Source: Actinomycetota bacterium (GTDB lineage: Bacteria; Actinomycetota; Geothermincolia; Fen-727; Anoxymicrobiaceae). Taken from it: a DNA stretch of 64,000 nt. The notes under the pieces were generated by a model. That model did no database searches, was not told the origin of the DNA, and saw only the letters and a list, made by a program, of their open reading frames with translations. Location of the stretch: positions 11,492 through 75,491 of the forward strand of contig JAHIMR010000040.1 of NCBI GenBank assembly GCA_018896525.1. The letters are read 5' to 3'. Position numbers and translations under genes: made by a program. Shown here in pieces: positions 9,330 to 19,103 of the stretch; the first letter of the stretch is position 1, and every line of letters starts with the position of its first letter.

Positions 9330-10367
9330 ATGGTTAGAGAGATAGACGATCGAAAAAAGAAGATACTGCGGGCGGTGGTCCAGGGGTTCATACTTACCGG
9401 CAATCCGGTAGGCTCGAAGTCGGCCGCAAAGGCATCAGGGCTCCGCATCAGTCCGGCGACAGTCAGGAACGAGATGGCTGTCCTGGAGAAACTGGGATTG
9501 CTGGAGCAGCCGTACACGTCCGCCGGACGGGTGCCTACAGACCTGGCGTACCGGTACTACGTGGATATGCTTATGGAACAGCAGAAGCCTTCCGGCAGAG
9601 ACGCCGAGGCGGTCGAGAAGCTGTTCGCGGTGAAGACGCGGGAGGTGGAGGGGTTCTTCAGGGAAGCGTCTCTGATCCTGTCGAACCTGACCCACGCCAC
9701 AGCGATGGTGTTCGCGCCGTTAGGCACGGCCGACAAGGTCAGGCATATTGACCTGGTCCGCATGAATGGACCCGGGGTGATGGTAATTATAATAACCGAC
9801 CGGGGACAGGTCGGAAGGCGCCTGTTAGGCCTGGCGAACCCGGTAGAGGACGATACATTGGATAGGGTATGCGATTACCTTGACCGGTCGCTGTCCGGCG
9901 TGGGGCTGGACGCGATCGACGCCAAGGCCTTGATCGAGCGGTTCCGGTTTGGAAAGGCCGGCGTAGATCTATTGAGCGGCGCTCTCGAAGCGGTACGCGA
10001 GTACCTGGGCACTGTCGAGGAGCGCGTCTACGTGGGGGGCACCGCCAACATAGTGAGGGAGATGGATTCCGCGGGAACCGAATGGGTCCAGTTGCTGCTA
10101 GAGTCAATGGAGAAGCAGTACTTCATCCTGGACCTTTTAAAGGACCTCGTCAGCGGGGAGCGTCTGACGGTCCGGATAGGTGAGGAAAACCGCCTGAGAG
10201 AGCTCAGGAAATGCAGTTTCGTCGGCACCAGTTACCCTGCCGGCCGGGGGCTGTTCGGTTCGCTCGGAGTAGTAGGCCCCACTTGCATGGACTATGCCCG
10301 AACGATTGGGATGGTTGAGCTGATGGCCGATAGCCTGGGTCAGAGGCTCTGGGGGCCGGTGGATTAA
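9330..10367 (+). CDS. hrcA: Heat-inducible transcription repressor HrcA.
   Basis: N-terminal winged-helix region (RKKKILRAVVQGFILTGNPVGSKSAAKASGLRISPATVRNEMAVLEKLGLL), about 345 aa, autoregulated via the upstream CIRCE. The start was moved to ATG 9330, with GAGGCGAGG as RBS. Confidence 0.9.
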   Translation: MVREIDDRKKKILRAVVQGFILTGNPVGSKSAAKASGLRISPATVRNEMAVLEKLGLLEQPYTSAGRVPTDLAYRYYVDMLMEQQKPSGRDAEAVEKLFAVKTREVEGFFREASLILSNLTHATAMVFAPLGTADKVRHIDLVRMNGPGVMVIIITDRGQVGRRLLGLANPVEDDTLDRVCDYLDRSLSGVGLDAIDAKALIERFRFGKAGVDLLSGALEAVREYLGTVEERVYVGGTANIVREMDSAGTEWVQLLLESMEKQYFILDLLKDLVSGERLTVRIGEENRLRELRKCSFVGTSYPAGRGLFGSLGVVGPTCMDYARTIGMVELMADSLGQRLWGPVD

Positions 10368-10529
10368 GTGCCTAGCTCCATAAATACGCTGGCATTCGAA
10401 CCCCGCTGCATCCACACCGGCTGCGTTCCGCTCCCTAGAAGTACTACAGGAGTACGTCTAGGTCGCGCGCCTTGCCGGAGTGGCGCTTCGACGCTCTCGG
10501 TGCTTAACCGTATCTATGGAACGAGGCAC
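10368..10529. repeat. MITE/REP-like element family A, full-length copy (left arm, centre GTACTACAGGAGTAC, right arm).
   Basis: 21-bp TIRs GTGCC(T/C)(A/C)GCTCCATAAATACG ... CGTATCTATGGAACGAGGCAC. It fills the entire hrcA-dnaJ intergenic region. Confidence 0.9.
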
Positions 10530-10550
10530 AAGGAAGTAATAAGAGGATGA

Positions 10551-11645
10551 ATGCGTAACGATATAGACAGGGACCTCTACGAAATACTCGGGGTTGAACG
10601 ATCGGCTTCGCTTTCCGATATAAAAAGCTGCTACCGCGACAAGGCGCGACAGTGTCACCCCGACGTTTCCCATAACGATCCTGACGGTGAGCGGAAGTTC
10701 AAGGAGTTGACGTTCGCCTACGAGGTGCTGTCCGACGCGGAGAAGCGGAGCAACTACGACCGTTGGGGCCTTGAAGGCCTCAAGACCGGCGCTGGAGTGG
10801 ACTTCGATGGGTTCAGTTCAATCTCCGATCTGTTCGACATGTTCTTCGGTGGGGGGTTCGCCGAACCTTTTGGCCGCCGGCGGCGGCAGGATAGAGCACA
10901 GTCCCGGGGGCGGAACACGGAGACCTTGCTGAGCGTAACCCTTGCGGAGGTTGGCCTGGGTGTCGACAAGGATATCGAGATAAGAAAGAGGATGACCTGC
11001 GACGGGTGCGACGGCACAGGACTGTCGCCCGGCACGCACGCGAGCAGGTGCTCCGCCTGCGGGGGGTCGGGACAGGTGCGCAGCACCCAGAGAAGCGTGT
11101 TTGGCACATTTATCCGCGCCGGCGTCTGCCCCGACTGCGGCGGTGCCGGTGAGGTCATCAACAAGCCGTGCCCCGAATGTGATGGGGCCGGTCTGGTCTG
11201 GGACACCGAGCGCCTGAAGGTCAAAGTGCCCCCTGGGGTAGAGAACGGGGACACGATACGCCTGCGGGGCAAGGGGGAGAGTGGAGCCCGCGGTGCCGGG
11301 GCCGGAGACCTGTACGTGAGGATCAACGTCGAGCCGCACCAGGCGTTCATCAGGAACGGCAGGAACCTGAACATCACCGTCAAGATCGGCATGGATGAAG
11401 CGGCCCTGGGCACCGAGATTGAACTGCCCTCGCTTGACGGCGGTTTCAAGCTCAAGGTTCCGCCGGGAACCCAGCCGGGGGATGTTCTCAAGGAAAAAGG
11501 CAAAGGCCTGCCGCCGCGTTACGGTGGACGCAGGGGGGACATACTGGCAGGCGTCGAAGTCACGATACCGAAAAGACTCTCCGGCAAAGAGAAGGAACTG
11601 CTAGAGTCTTTCGCCGAGATGCGAAAGGGGAAGGCGGGGAAGTGA
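10551..11645 (+). CDS. dnaJ: Chaperone DnaJ (J-domain, G/F region, four CxxCxGxG zinc-finger repeats, C-terminal domains).
   Basis: HPD motif (RQCHPDVSH). CDGCDGTG, CSACGGSG, CPDCGGAG and CPECDGAG repeats. RBS AAGAGG 4-5 nt upstream. Directly follows hrcA (actinobacterial hrcA-dnaJ2 arrangement). Confidence 0.92.
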   Translation: MRNDIDRDLYEILGVERSASLSDIKSCYRDKARQCHPDVSHNDPDGERKFKELTFAYEVLSDAEKRSNYDRWGLEGLKTGAGVDFDGFSSISDLFDMFFGGGFAEPFGRRRRQDRAQSRGRNTETLLSVTLAEVGLGVDKDIEIRKRMTCDGCDGTGLSPGTHASRCSACGGSGQVRSTQRSVFGTFIRAGVCPDCGGAGEVINKPCPECDGAGLVWDTERLKVKVPPGVENGDTIRLRGKGESGARGAGAGDLYVRINVEPHQAFIRNGRNLNITVKIGMDEAALGTEIELPSLDGGFKLKVPPGTQPGDVLKEKGKGLPPRYGGRRGDILAGVEVTIPKRLSGKEKELLESFAEMRKGKAGK

Positions 11646-11713
11646 AACGCCCGGCTCGCCCATTCGGCAGGTTACCCGGGGGGCACCGGCAAGATATCAT
11701 ATGCCCTTTCTAG

Positions 11714-11768
11714 TGCCCCGTCTCACAAATACGCTGGCATTCGAACGCCGCTGCATCCACACCGGCTA
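11714..11768. repeat. Family A element, isolated left arm only.
   Basis: GTGCCCCGTCTCACAAATACGCTGGCATTCGAACGCCGCTGCATCCACACCGGCT with no partner arm. Confidence 0.8.
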
Positions 11769-11804
11769 TCAGTACAAACTGCCTTTCTCCCGGAAGGTTG
11801 ACCG

Positions 11805-13052
11805 GTGAAAGAGCGCACCTATCGCGTCATTACACTGGGCTGCCGGGTCAACCGCTCCGATTCGCTGGAGATAGAAAAGGAGCTTTCAAGGCGTTCCTTT
11901 GAGCGGTCGCCCCCGGGGGAGCCGCCGGATCTCTGGGTGGTAAACACCTGCGCGGTTACCGTGGAGGGTATGAGGAAGTCGCGCAAGGCGGTGAGGAAGT
12001 GCCTGCGGGCCGGGGGGGAAGTGGTAGTGACCGGCTGCGCGGTTGCCTTTGACCCGGGGGCGTTCGAGGAAATGGGCGTAAGCGTGCTGGTGGGGAACGA
12101 GCAAAAAGGGAGCCTGGCAGGGATCGCCTGCGGGCCGGCACTCGGTCCCGACCCGGTGGCGCCGGGCCAGCCGGAACTGACGCGCGTCCCGATCAAGGTG
12201 CAGGACGGGTGCCGGAGGTACTGTACCTACTGTATCGTGCCGTACCTCAGGGGCCGCCCTTACTGCCGGGATGTTGAATCGGTTGTTGCCGATGTGCGCT
12301 ATTACAGAGACGCCGGGGCGGGTGAGGTGATACTTTGTGGGATCGACCTGGGGAGTTATAGAGACCCATCCACCAAAGAGGGATTGGAACTCCTGGCATT
12401 GAAAGCGGCCGAGGAGGCCGGTGATATGTGGGTGCGCTTGAGCTCGTTGGACCTGACGGACGTAAGCGAGCGGCTGATTTCCATGCTGGGTGAGGGTGAA
12501 AACCTGTGCGGGCATCTGCACATCCCCCTGCAGAGCGCTGACCGCGGGGTGCTTGGCGACATGGGGCGTGGGTACGGGCCGGAGGAGTTTCGAAGAAAGG
12601 TGGACGAGATAAGGCGCAAGGTGCCGGACGTCATCGTTACCACCGATGTCATGGTGGGGTTCCCTACCGAGGACGAGCGTGCTTTTGAGAACACCCGGTC
12701 CTTCCTCGAGGAGATGTCTTTCTCGCGGGTCCACGTGTTCAGGTACTCGCCGAGGCCCGGGACGGCGGCGTTCTCACTGGGGGACCCCGTGGGTCCGACG
12801 GAAAAGCGGGAAAGGGCCACGGAGCTTCGTCGTATCGCGAGAGAGACCGCGAAGAGGTTTCACGAGAGCCTCATTGGTCGTATAATCGCAGTATTGATAG
12901 AGGCGGAGATGGAGACCGAGCCGGGCATGGTGTTCGGACGAACGCAGGGTTTTGCCGGGATAATAGCGCCGGGGGACGGTGGCATGGTGGGGAGGAAGGT
13001 ACTCATGCGGGTTACATCCGCCGGGCCGCGGTGGATTCGAGGCGAGCCATAA
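11805..13052 (+). CDS. mtaB: MiaB-like tRNA methylthiotransferase, MtaB/YqeV type (MTTase N domain, radical-SAM core, TRAM domain).
   Basis: 415 aa with an N-terminal cysteine triad (LGCRVN ... NTCAV ... GCAV), radical-SAM CRRYCTYCIVP and a C-terminal TRAM domain. Sits after dnaJ as yqeV does in Firmicutes. Confidence 0.8.
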   Translation: MKERTYRVITLGCRVNRSDSLEIEKELSRRSFERSPPGEPPDLWVVNTCAVTVEGMRKSRKAVRKCLRAGGEVVVTGCAVAFDPGAFEEMGVSVLVGNEQKGSLAGIACGPALGPDPVAPGQPELTRVPIKVQDGCRRYCTYCIVPYLRGRPYCRDVESVVADVRYYRDAGAGEVILCGIDLGSYRDPSTKEGLELLALKAAEEAGDMWVRLSSLDLTDVSERLISMLGEGENLCGHLHIPLQSADRGVLGDMGRGYGPEEFRRKVDEIRRKVPDVIVTTDVMVGFPTEDERAFENTRSFLEEMSFSRVHVFRYSPRPGTAAFSLGDPVGPTEKRERATELRRIARETAKRFHESLIGRIIAVLIEAEMETEPGMVFGRTQGFAGIIAPGDGGMVGRKVLMRVTSAGPRWIRGEP

Positions 13053-13141
13053 GTACGGTTGCGCACCGAGAGCGTGGCGCCGCTCCGGCAAGGCGCGTGA
13101 CTCAGTGCCCCGTTCCATGGATACGGTTAAGCACCGAGAGC
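13053..13141. repeat. Family A element, right-arm type in reverse orientation.
   Basis: ...GCACCGAGAGCGTGGCGCCGCTCCGGCAAGGCGCGTGACTCAGTGCCCCGTTCCATGGATACGGTTAAGCACCGAGAGCGC. Confidence 0.8.
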
Positions 13142-13183
13142 GCATTTTGTGGAGCGGGGTACTAAAACAGAGAGGGAAGGTGA

Positions 13184-13534
13184 GTGAGGTTGGAGAACTG
13201 TATATTCTGCAAGATAGCCAACAAAGAGATCGGCAGCGAGATAGTGGACGAACGACCCACGGCCATCGCATTCAAGGATATCAATCCCAAGGCGCCGGTG
13301 CATATACTGATTATACCCAAGGAGCACGTAGTATCGCTGGATGAACTGGGAAAGAACGGGTGTGACGTGTTGAGAGACGTCTTCTCGCTCATAAGCGACA
13401 TCGCGGTGAGTGAAGGCGTCGCTCAATCAGGGTATCGCGTGGTTGTGAACATCGGAGAGGAGGCGGGCCAGGAGGTCGACCACCTGCACTTCCATCTTCT
13501 CGGTGGACGGTTTATGGCGTGGCCTCCCAGCTAA
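13184..13534 (+). CDS. HIT-family nucleotide hydrolase (Hint-like).
   Basis: CIFCKI zinc motif, histidine triad HLHFHLL, 116 aa. Confidence 0.85.
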   Translation: MRLENCIFCKIANKEIGSEIVDERPTAIAFKDINPKAPVHILIIPKEHVVSLDELGKNGCDVLRDVFSLISDIAVSEGVAQSGYRVVVNIGEEAGQEVDHLHFHLLGGRFMAWPPS

Positions 13535-13584
13535 ATCATGCATGTTTTACCCGGTCAAGGGAGAAACGGGAGGGCTTGTTGGAA

Positions 13585-14031
13585 ATGAACACCAAGGAGA
13601 GGTTACGGCTCGATATGAAAGAGTCATTGAAGGCCGGCGAAAAGCTCAGGCTTTCGACGATCAGGATTATGTTATCGGAGATAGGGAACGCCGAGATAGC
13701 GAAACGGGATGAGCTCTCCGAGGAGGAGATGGTCACAGTTGTGACCCGGGAGGCCAAGAGGAGGAAGGAAGCCATTGAGGAGTATGGGAAGGCGGGGCGA
13801 CAGGACCTGGTGGACAAGGAATCGTTCGAGTACTCCGTCATCGAGTCTTACCTGCCCAGGCAGCTGGAGGAGACCGAGATACGAAGGATGATCGAAGAGG
13901 CCGTTGAGGAGACAGGAGCGTCTTCACCGGGTGACCTGGGGAAGGTGATGTCTGCCGTGATGCCCCGCCTCAAGGGCAAGGCGGACGGCAGGACGGTGAA
14001 CCTGATGGCCCGAGAGATACTTGGAGAGTAA
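13585..14031 (+). CDS. yqeY: GatB/YqeY-domain protein.
   Basis: About 148 aa, all-helical and charged, matching the YqeY family. The start was moved to ATG 13585 (the ORF-track start at 13519 overlaps the HIT gene). Confidence 0.7.
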   Translation: MNTKERLRLDMKESLKAGEKLRLSTIRIMLSEIGNAEIAKRDELSEEEMVTVVTREAKRRKEAIEEYGKAGRQDLVDKESFEYSVIESYLPRQLEETEIRRMIEEAVEETGASSPGDLGKVMSAVMPRLKGKADGRTVNLMAREILGE

Positions 14032-14194
14032 GTGCTCCATTCCACAAACACGCTGGCATTCGAACGCCGCTGCATCCACACCGGCCGCGTTCCGCTCCTC
14101 AGACGTACTACAGGAGTACGTCTCAGTCGCGCGCCTTGCCGGAGCGGCGCATCGACGCTCTCGGTGCTTAACCGTGTTTACGGAACGGAGCAAC
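14031..14194. repeat. Family A element, full length, degenerate termini.
   Basis: GTGCTCCATTCCACAAACACGCTGGCATTCGAACGCCGCTGCATCCACACCGG ... CGTACTACAGGAGTACGTC ... GGTGCTTAACCGTGTTTACGGAACGGAGCAAC. Confidence 0.9.
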
Positions 14195-14233
14195 AAGTGA
14201 TATTTCCGTCCCGGCTCCAGGGAGGTATTCCTG

Positions 14234-15232
14234 TTGAGCTCTGACTTCACCGAAGTCAAGATCGTGGTGCCCGGCAACCAGCCGATGGTTTCCCTTCTCG
14301 GCCGCGAGGACAGGTTCCTCCGGATGGTGGAGAAGGCGTTTAACTGCCGGATAATCGCCCGTGGCAACGAGATAGATATCCGGGGCAGGACCGGGGAGAC
14401 CGAGGTCTGCACCCGGCTGTTCGAGGAGCTCATCGAGTTCCTGGAGGAGGGCCTGGTCATAACGCCTGAGAACCTCGCCCAGACCATCGACATGATCAGG
14501 AACGGGAAAGACATAAAGCCCACCGAGGTATTCAAGGAAGCGGTGTTCTCCGGGCGTGGCAAGGTCATAAGGCCCAAGACCGTGGGGCAGAAGCGCTATG
14601 TGGACATGATCCGTAACTCCACCATAGTGTTCAGCATAGGTCCCGCCGGTACCGGGAAGACGTACCTTGCGCTTGCATACGCGGTCCAGTGCCTGCTCGA
14701 CCGGAGGGTGAACAGGCTGATACTGACCCGGCCGGCGGTGGAGGCCGGTGAGAAACTGGGGTTCCTTCCGGGTGATATATACCAGAAAGTCGACCCGTAC
14801 CTCAGGCCGTTGTACGACGCTCTCTACGAGATGCTGGGCGCGAGTAAGTTTCACCAGATGATGGACCAGGGCATCATAGAGGTTGCCCCGCTTGCTTTCA
14901 TGCGAGGCAGGACGCTGAACGACTCCTTCATAATACTGGACGAGGCACAGAACACCAGCCCGGAGCAGATGAAGATGTTCCTGACCCGGCTGGGCTTCGG
15001 CAGCCGGGCGGTGATAACCGGTGACGTGACACAGGTCGATCTCCCCAAGGATCTGAGTTCCGGACTGATGGTAGTGCAGGAGATCCTCTCAGGCATTGAT
15101 GGAATTTCGTTCGTATACCTTGACGCAAGCGACGTCGTGCGGCACAAGATCGTCCAGCAGATAGTTGAGGCGTACAGGGAGTTCGAAGCTCCGTCCAAAG
15201 AGGGAAGCACCGGTGGCAATGAAGACCTATAA
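14234..15232 (+). CDS. phoH: PhoH-like ATPase with N-terminal KH domain.
   Basis: Walker A GPAGTGKT, Walker B ILDEAQN, 332 aa. Confidence 0.9.
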   Translation: MSSDFTEVKIVVPGNQPMVSLLGREDRFLRMVEKAFNCRIIARGNEIDIRGRTGETEVCTRLFEELIEFLEEGLVITPENLAQTIDMIRNGKDIKPTEVFKEAVFSGRGKVIRPKTVGQKRYVDMIRNSTIVFSIGPAGTGKTYLALAYAVQCLLDRRVNRLILTRPAVEAGEKLGFLPGDIYQKVDPYLRPLYDALYEMLGASKFHQMMDQGIIEVAPLAFMRGRTLNDSFIILDEAQNTSPEQMKMFLTRLGFGSRAVITGDVTQVDLPKDLSSGLMVVQEILSGIDGISFVYLDASDVVRHKIVQQIVEAYREFEAPSKEGSTGGNEDL

Positions 15233-17390
15233 GAAATATCTCAACATGGTGGACCGGTTGAGGTCCCGCCTCCGGACGACTTCGGTATCCTCCAGGCGGA
15301 GAGTGGTGGCTGGCTGCGTTTTCCTGTTCGTGGCGGCGTTGATCTCGGTGGAGATATCTCCCTTCGGGTACAGGATCCTGGCGGGTAAACCGAGCCCCCG
15401 CGACGTGGTGGCGCCGAGGACCGTTCAGTACATCGACGAGGTAAAGACCGAGGAGCAGAGGAAAGCCGCGGCTGAGGCGGTGCAGGACGTATTTATTCGC
15501 GATAACAATGTGGCCGGGCAGGTGGAGAAGAACCTGGAGGAGTTCTTCGCGGCGGTCGAAATGGTCGACGCAATGAACGGTACTCTCCAGGAAAAAGTCG
15601 ACCGGCTGGTCGGCATGTTCCCCGGAGGGATCTACGCCTTCGAAGCCGAGGATATTCTTTCAATGCAGGTTCAACAGCGCCACAGCGTTCAGGACGCTTC
15701 ACTGGAAGTCACCAGGCGCGTCATGGAAGAACGAGTTACCAGCGACACTATTAGTGAAGCGGTACTGAAGGCGGAGGCGATCGCCGCCGAGATCTCGACT
15801 GATCCGCGTGTTCAAAGCCTGGCGGCGCGGATAGCCGCCTCTTATGTCCAACCGAACTCGGTCATAGACGAGAAGGAGACTGAGAAGAGGAGGGAGGCGG
15901 CCCGCGAGGCGGTAACCACGGTTATCACAACCCGGCTGGAGGGAGAGGTGATACTGGCGAAAGACGATATGGTGACCGCGGAGCAGGTGACGGTGCTCAA
16001 GAGCCTCGGCTTCAAGAAACCTACGTTTACCCCGGTCAATCTGCTTTACTTCGGGGTGTTTGTTCTTCTGCTTATGGGGGCCGTCAGCATGTACCTGGAG
16101 AAGAACAAGCGGGTGATCTACGATAGCCCCGGACTCCTGGCGTTGCTGGGGGCGTTGGTGATCGTATACACCATGCTGGCCAAGATCATCGCCATCGCCG
16201 CCGGATACCTGTCACCCTCCTGGGGATACCTCATGCCTATCGCGGCTGTGGCACTAATCATAGCGGTCCTGATGGACACATCCGTCGCGATAGTAATAGT
16301 CGTCGCATGCTCGCTGATAACCGGGGTGGTGTCCGGAGGCAACTTCTCGCTGGCGGCATTTGCCCTGATTGGCGGGTTCTTCCCGGCGCTGATGGTTTCC
16401 CGCAGATCCAGCCGCCACGAGCTCAGACGGGCTGGCGTTTACATCTCCCTGTGGTTAGCCGCGGCGGCGATCGGAACAACCGCCATAACCCAGCTCCGCC
16501 AGAGCGCGCTGCTGAACGCCGGCATAGGCTTCGCCAACGGTTTCCTTTGCACGATAGTGGCGATAGGCATGCTACCGTTCCTGGAGACGACGTTCAGGGT
16601 AACAACCAACACCTGGCTTCTCGACCTGGCGTCCCCCGAGCAGGAACTGCTCAAGGAGCTGTCGATGAAGGCGCCGGGTACCTACTCCCACAGCGTTATG
16701 GTCGCCAACCTGGCCGAGGCGGCGGCGAGGGAGATCGGCAGCGACCCGATGCCGGCGCGGATAGCCGCCTACTACCATGATGTGGGGAAGCTCAAGAGGC
16801 CGCAGTTTTTCATTGAGAACCAACCCGAGAACAGCAGCCCTCACGATAACATAACTCCCAACCTGAGCGCCCTGGTAATAACCGCTCACGTCAAGGACGG
16901 GGTGGAGATGGTGAGAAGACACCACCTGCCACCGGATATCGTGGATGTCATAGAGCAGCATCACGGGACCAGCGTGGTCAGCTTCTTCTACGACCGCGCG
17001 ATGAAGTCGGCTGACGGCGAGACGGTAGACATCGACAGGTTCCGGTACCATTTCCCGAAGCCGCGGAGCAAGACGGCCGGCATCCTGTTACTGTCCGATT
17101 CTGTCGAGGCGACCGCGCGCACGTTGAACCGCCCTTCGGCGGGGGCTATGAGGCAGATGGTCAACCGTATAGTGGACGCGAAGATAAGCGACGGGCAGTT
17201 GGACGAGTCGGGCATCACGTTCAGTGATATCAGCAAGATCAAGGCCGTGTTCTCCAGTATCCTGATAAGCGCTTATCATCCCAGGATTGAGTATCCTGTA
17301 GCAGAGTTTAATTCGGGGGGTGGCAAGAAAGGTGCTCGTAAGAGTAACGGCGGAGGTCCCGGTAGGAAAGAGAAAACTGCACTTCCTTAG
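15219..17390 (+). CDS. 7TM-receptor-linked HD-domain phosphohydrolase (YqfF family).
   Basis: Extracellular N-domain, 7 TM helices, cytoplasmic HD domain (HSVMVANLAE ... YYHDVGKL ... EQHHG). The start is probably ATG 15219, overlapping the phoH stop. Confidence 0.85.
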   Translation: MKTYKKYLNMVDRLRSRLRTTSVSSRRRVVAGCVFLFVAALISVEISPFGYRILAGKPSPRDVVAPRTVQYIDEVKTEEQRKAAAEAVQDVFIRDNNVAGQVEKNLEEFFAAVEMVDAMNGTLQEKVDRLVGMFPGGIYAFEAEDILSMQVQQRHSVQDASLEVTRRVMEERVTSDTISEAVLKAEAIAAEISTDPRVQSLAARIAASYVQPNSVIDEKETEKRREAAREAVTTVITTRLEGEVILAKDDMVTAEQVTVLKSLGFKKPTFTPVNLLYFGVFVLLLMGAVSMYLEKNKRVIYDSPGLLALLGALVIVYTMLAKIIAIAAGYLSPSWGYLMPIAAVALIIAVLMDTSVAIVIVVACSLITGVVSGGNFSLAAFALIGGFFPALMVSRRSSRHELRRAGVYISLWLAAAAIGTTAITQLRQSALLNAGIGFANGFLCTIVAIGMLPFLETTFRVTTNTWLLDLASPEQELLKELSMKAPGTYSHSVMVANLAEAAAREIGSDPMPARIAAYYHDVGKLKRPQFFIENQPENSSPHDNITPNLSALVITAHVKDGVEMVRRHHLPPDIVDVIEQHHGTSVVSFFYDRAMKSADGETVDIDRFRYHFPKPRSKTAGILLLSDSVEATARTLNRPSAGAMRQMVNRIVDAKISDGQLDESGITFSDISKIKAVFSSILISAYHPRIEYPVAEFNSGGGKKGARKSNGGGPGRKEKTALP

Positions 17391-17814
17391 GAGGTCGCTG
17401 GGTAAAATGCTGGGTAGCCTCGCTTCGGGACGGGACCTGGAGCTGAGCGTCATGATGGTCGGCGACGAGACAATGAGGCGACTCAATCTCGAGTATCTTG
17501 GCAGGAATGAGCCCACCGATGTCATGGCTTTCCCCCAGGCGGCTCCCGAAGAGATAGGCAATTACGCCCCCGGCGCAGGTCAGCCGGAACTGCTGGGTGA
17601 CATCGTCATCTGCGTCCCGACAGCCCGGCAGCAGGCGCGGGAGAGGGGGGAGCCTCTTATCCGGGAGCTCGAGCTTCTTGCCGCTCACGGATTGCTGCAC
17701 CTGTTCGGCTACGGCGACTCGACCCCTGACGAGAAGCGGGTGATGTACGCTATGGAGTCGAAGCTGCTTGGTCGAAGAACAGCACGGACGAGTGATAGGA
17801 GAATAATCCGATGA
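17320..17814 (+). CDS. ybeY: rRNA maturation endoribonuclease YbeY.
   Basis: H3xH4xH motif AHGLLHLFGYGD. Overlaps the end of the 7TM-HD gene. The start may instead be ATG 17407. Confidence 0.88.
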   Translation: MARKVLVRVTAEVPVGKRKLHFLRRSLGKMLGSLASGRDLELSVMMVGDETMRRLNLEYLGRNEPTDVMAFPQAAPEEIGNYAPGAGQPELLGDIVICVPTARQQARERGEPLIRELELLAAHGLLHLFGYGDSTPDEKRVMYAMESKLLGRRTARTSDRRIIR

Positions 17815-19103
17815 CAGTTGTCCTGGTGGTGATATCGCTGGTAATCCTCCTGGTGATAGCCGCGTTCCTTGCGGCATCGGAGACCTCGCTCATGCGTGTC
17901 AGCCGCATAAGGGTAAGGTACCTGGCTGAGAACGATGTCCCCAGGGCCGATAAGCTGGAGGAGTTGATAGAGAACCCTGGATACTTCCTGCCTTCACTGC
18001 TCTTGATGATCCTGTTGGTCCAGCTCACCACCGCGTCGCTGTCCACCTGGCTGTTGACCCGCTTGACGAACAACGCCGGCATCGGTGTTGCCGCCGGGAC
18101 GGCGGTAGCCACCGGTTTCATGTTCATCTTCGGGGAACTGATCCCCAAGGCCTCCGCCAGCCACGATTCGGAGAGGGTGGCGTTGCGTATCACCCGGCCC
18201 GTAGCGCTCCTCAGCAGAGTGATGCGCCCGGTGGCGGTGCTGTTCGAGTTTATCGCCAACGGGATGCTTCGGTTGTTCCGCGAAAAAGATCTTACAACCG
18301 AGATGATAGTAACCGACGAGGGAGAGATAATGGCGATGGTGAGCGCCGCCGAAGAGCACGACGTGATCGAAGAGGAAGAAAGGGAGATGATCCACTCGGT
18401 CTTTGAGTTCGGGGACACCATCACCAGGGAGGTCATGGTCCCCCGGCCGGACATGGTGACGCTGCCGCACGGGGCGACCGTGATAGATGCGCTGACCTTG
18501 GCAATCAAGCATGGGTTCTCGAGGATTCCGGTGCGGGGCAGGAACCTGGACGACATCGTGGGGGTTCTCTATGCCAAAGACCTGATGAAGTACCTCCAGA
18601 AGGGGAACCTGGGGCACGACATCAAGGATGTCGTGAGGGACGCCTACGTAATTCCGGAGACCAAGAGCCTGAGCGACCTGCTCCGGGAGTTGCGGAAGCG
18701 CAAGGTGCACATGGCGATTGTGGTGGATGAACACGGAACCGTCGCCGGACTGGTTACGATCGAGGACCTTCTGGAGGAGATCGTGGGAGAGATATTCGAC
18801 GAGTTCGACATGGAGATCAACCTCGTAGACCAGGTTGCCAGCAACCGTTACAGGGTTGACGCCAGGGTAACCATCGACGATGTCAACGAAAAGCTTAACA
18901 TCAAACTGCCCGAGGAAGGCGACGTGGACACGGTGGGTGGCCTGGTCTTAAAAGTCCTGGGTCATCTACCTGTGCCTGGAGAGGCGTTCGTATATAACGG
19001 TATCGCGATAAAGGTGGAAAAGCTCAAAACAAACAGGATATCAAGTGTAACGATGGAGTTGGTTGACGTAGGCGACGTGGACGTGAACAATCGGGACGGT
19101 TGA
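17811..19103 (+). CDS. corC: CorC/HlyC-family transporter-associated protein (DUF21 membrane domain, CBS pair, CorC_HlyC domain).
   Basis: 430 aa with 4 N-terminal TM helices, a CBS pair and a C-terminal transporter-associated domain. Has an ATGA overlap with ybeY. Confidence 0.85.
   Translation: MTVVLVVISLVILLVIAAFLAASETSLMRVSRIRVRYLAENDVPRADKLEELIENPGYFLPSLLLMILLVQLTTASLSTWLLTRLTNNAGIGVAAGTAVATGFMFIFGELIPKASASHDSERVALRITRPVALLSRVMRPVAVLFEFIANGMLRLFREKDLTTEMIVTDEGEIMAMVSAAEEHDVIEEEEREMIHSVFEFGDTITREVMVPRPDMVTLPHGATVIDALTLAIKHGFSRIPVRGRNLDDIVGVLYAKDLMKYLQKGNLGHDIKDVVRDAYVIPETKSLSDLLRELRKRKVHMAIVVDEHGTVAGLVTIEDLLEEIVGEIFDEFDMEINLVDQVASNRYRVDARVTIDDVNEKLNIKLPEEGDVDTVGGLVLKVLGHLPVPGEAFVYNGIAIKVEKLKTNRISSVTMELVDVGDVDVNNRDG

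Noticed and set aside
1988-11503. Long antisense or out-of-frame ORFs of 200-260 aa overlapping leuS, comEC, dnaJ and others (e.g. 1988-2767 -, 3603-4256 -, 4069-4833 -, 10754-11503 -).
   Set aside because: They are typical high-GC stop-codon-poor artefacts: Arg/Pro/Ser-rich, with no motifs, and they fully overlap strongly supported genes on the other strand.
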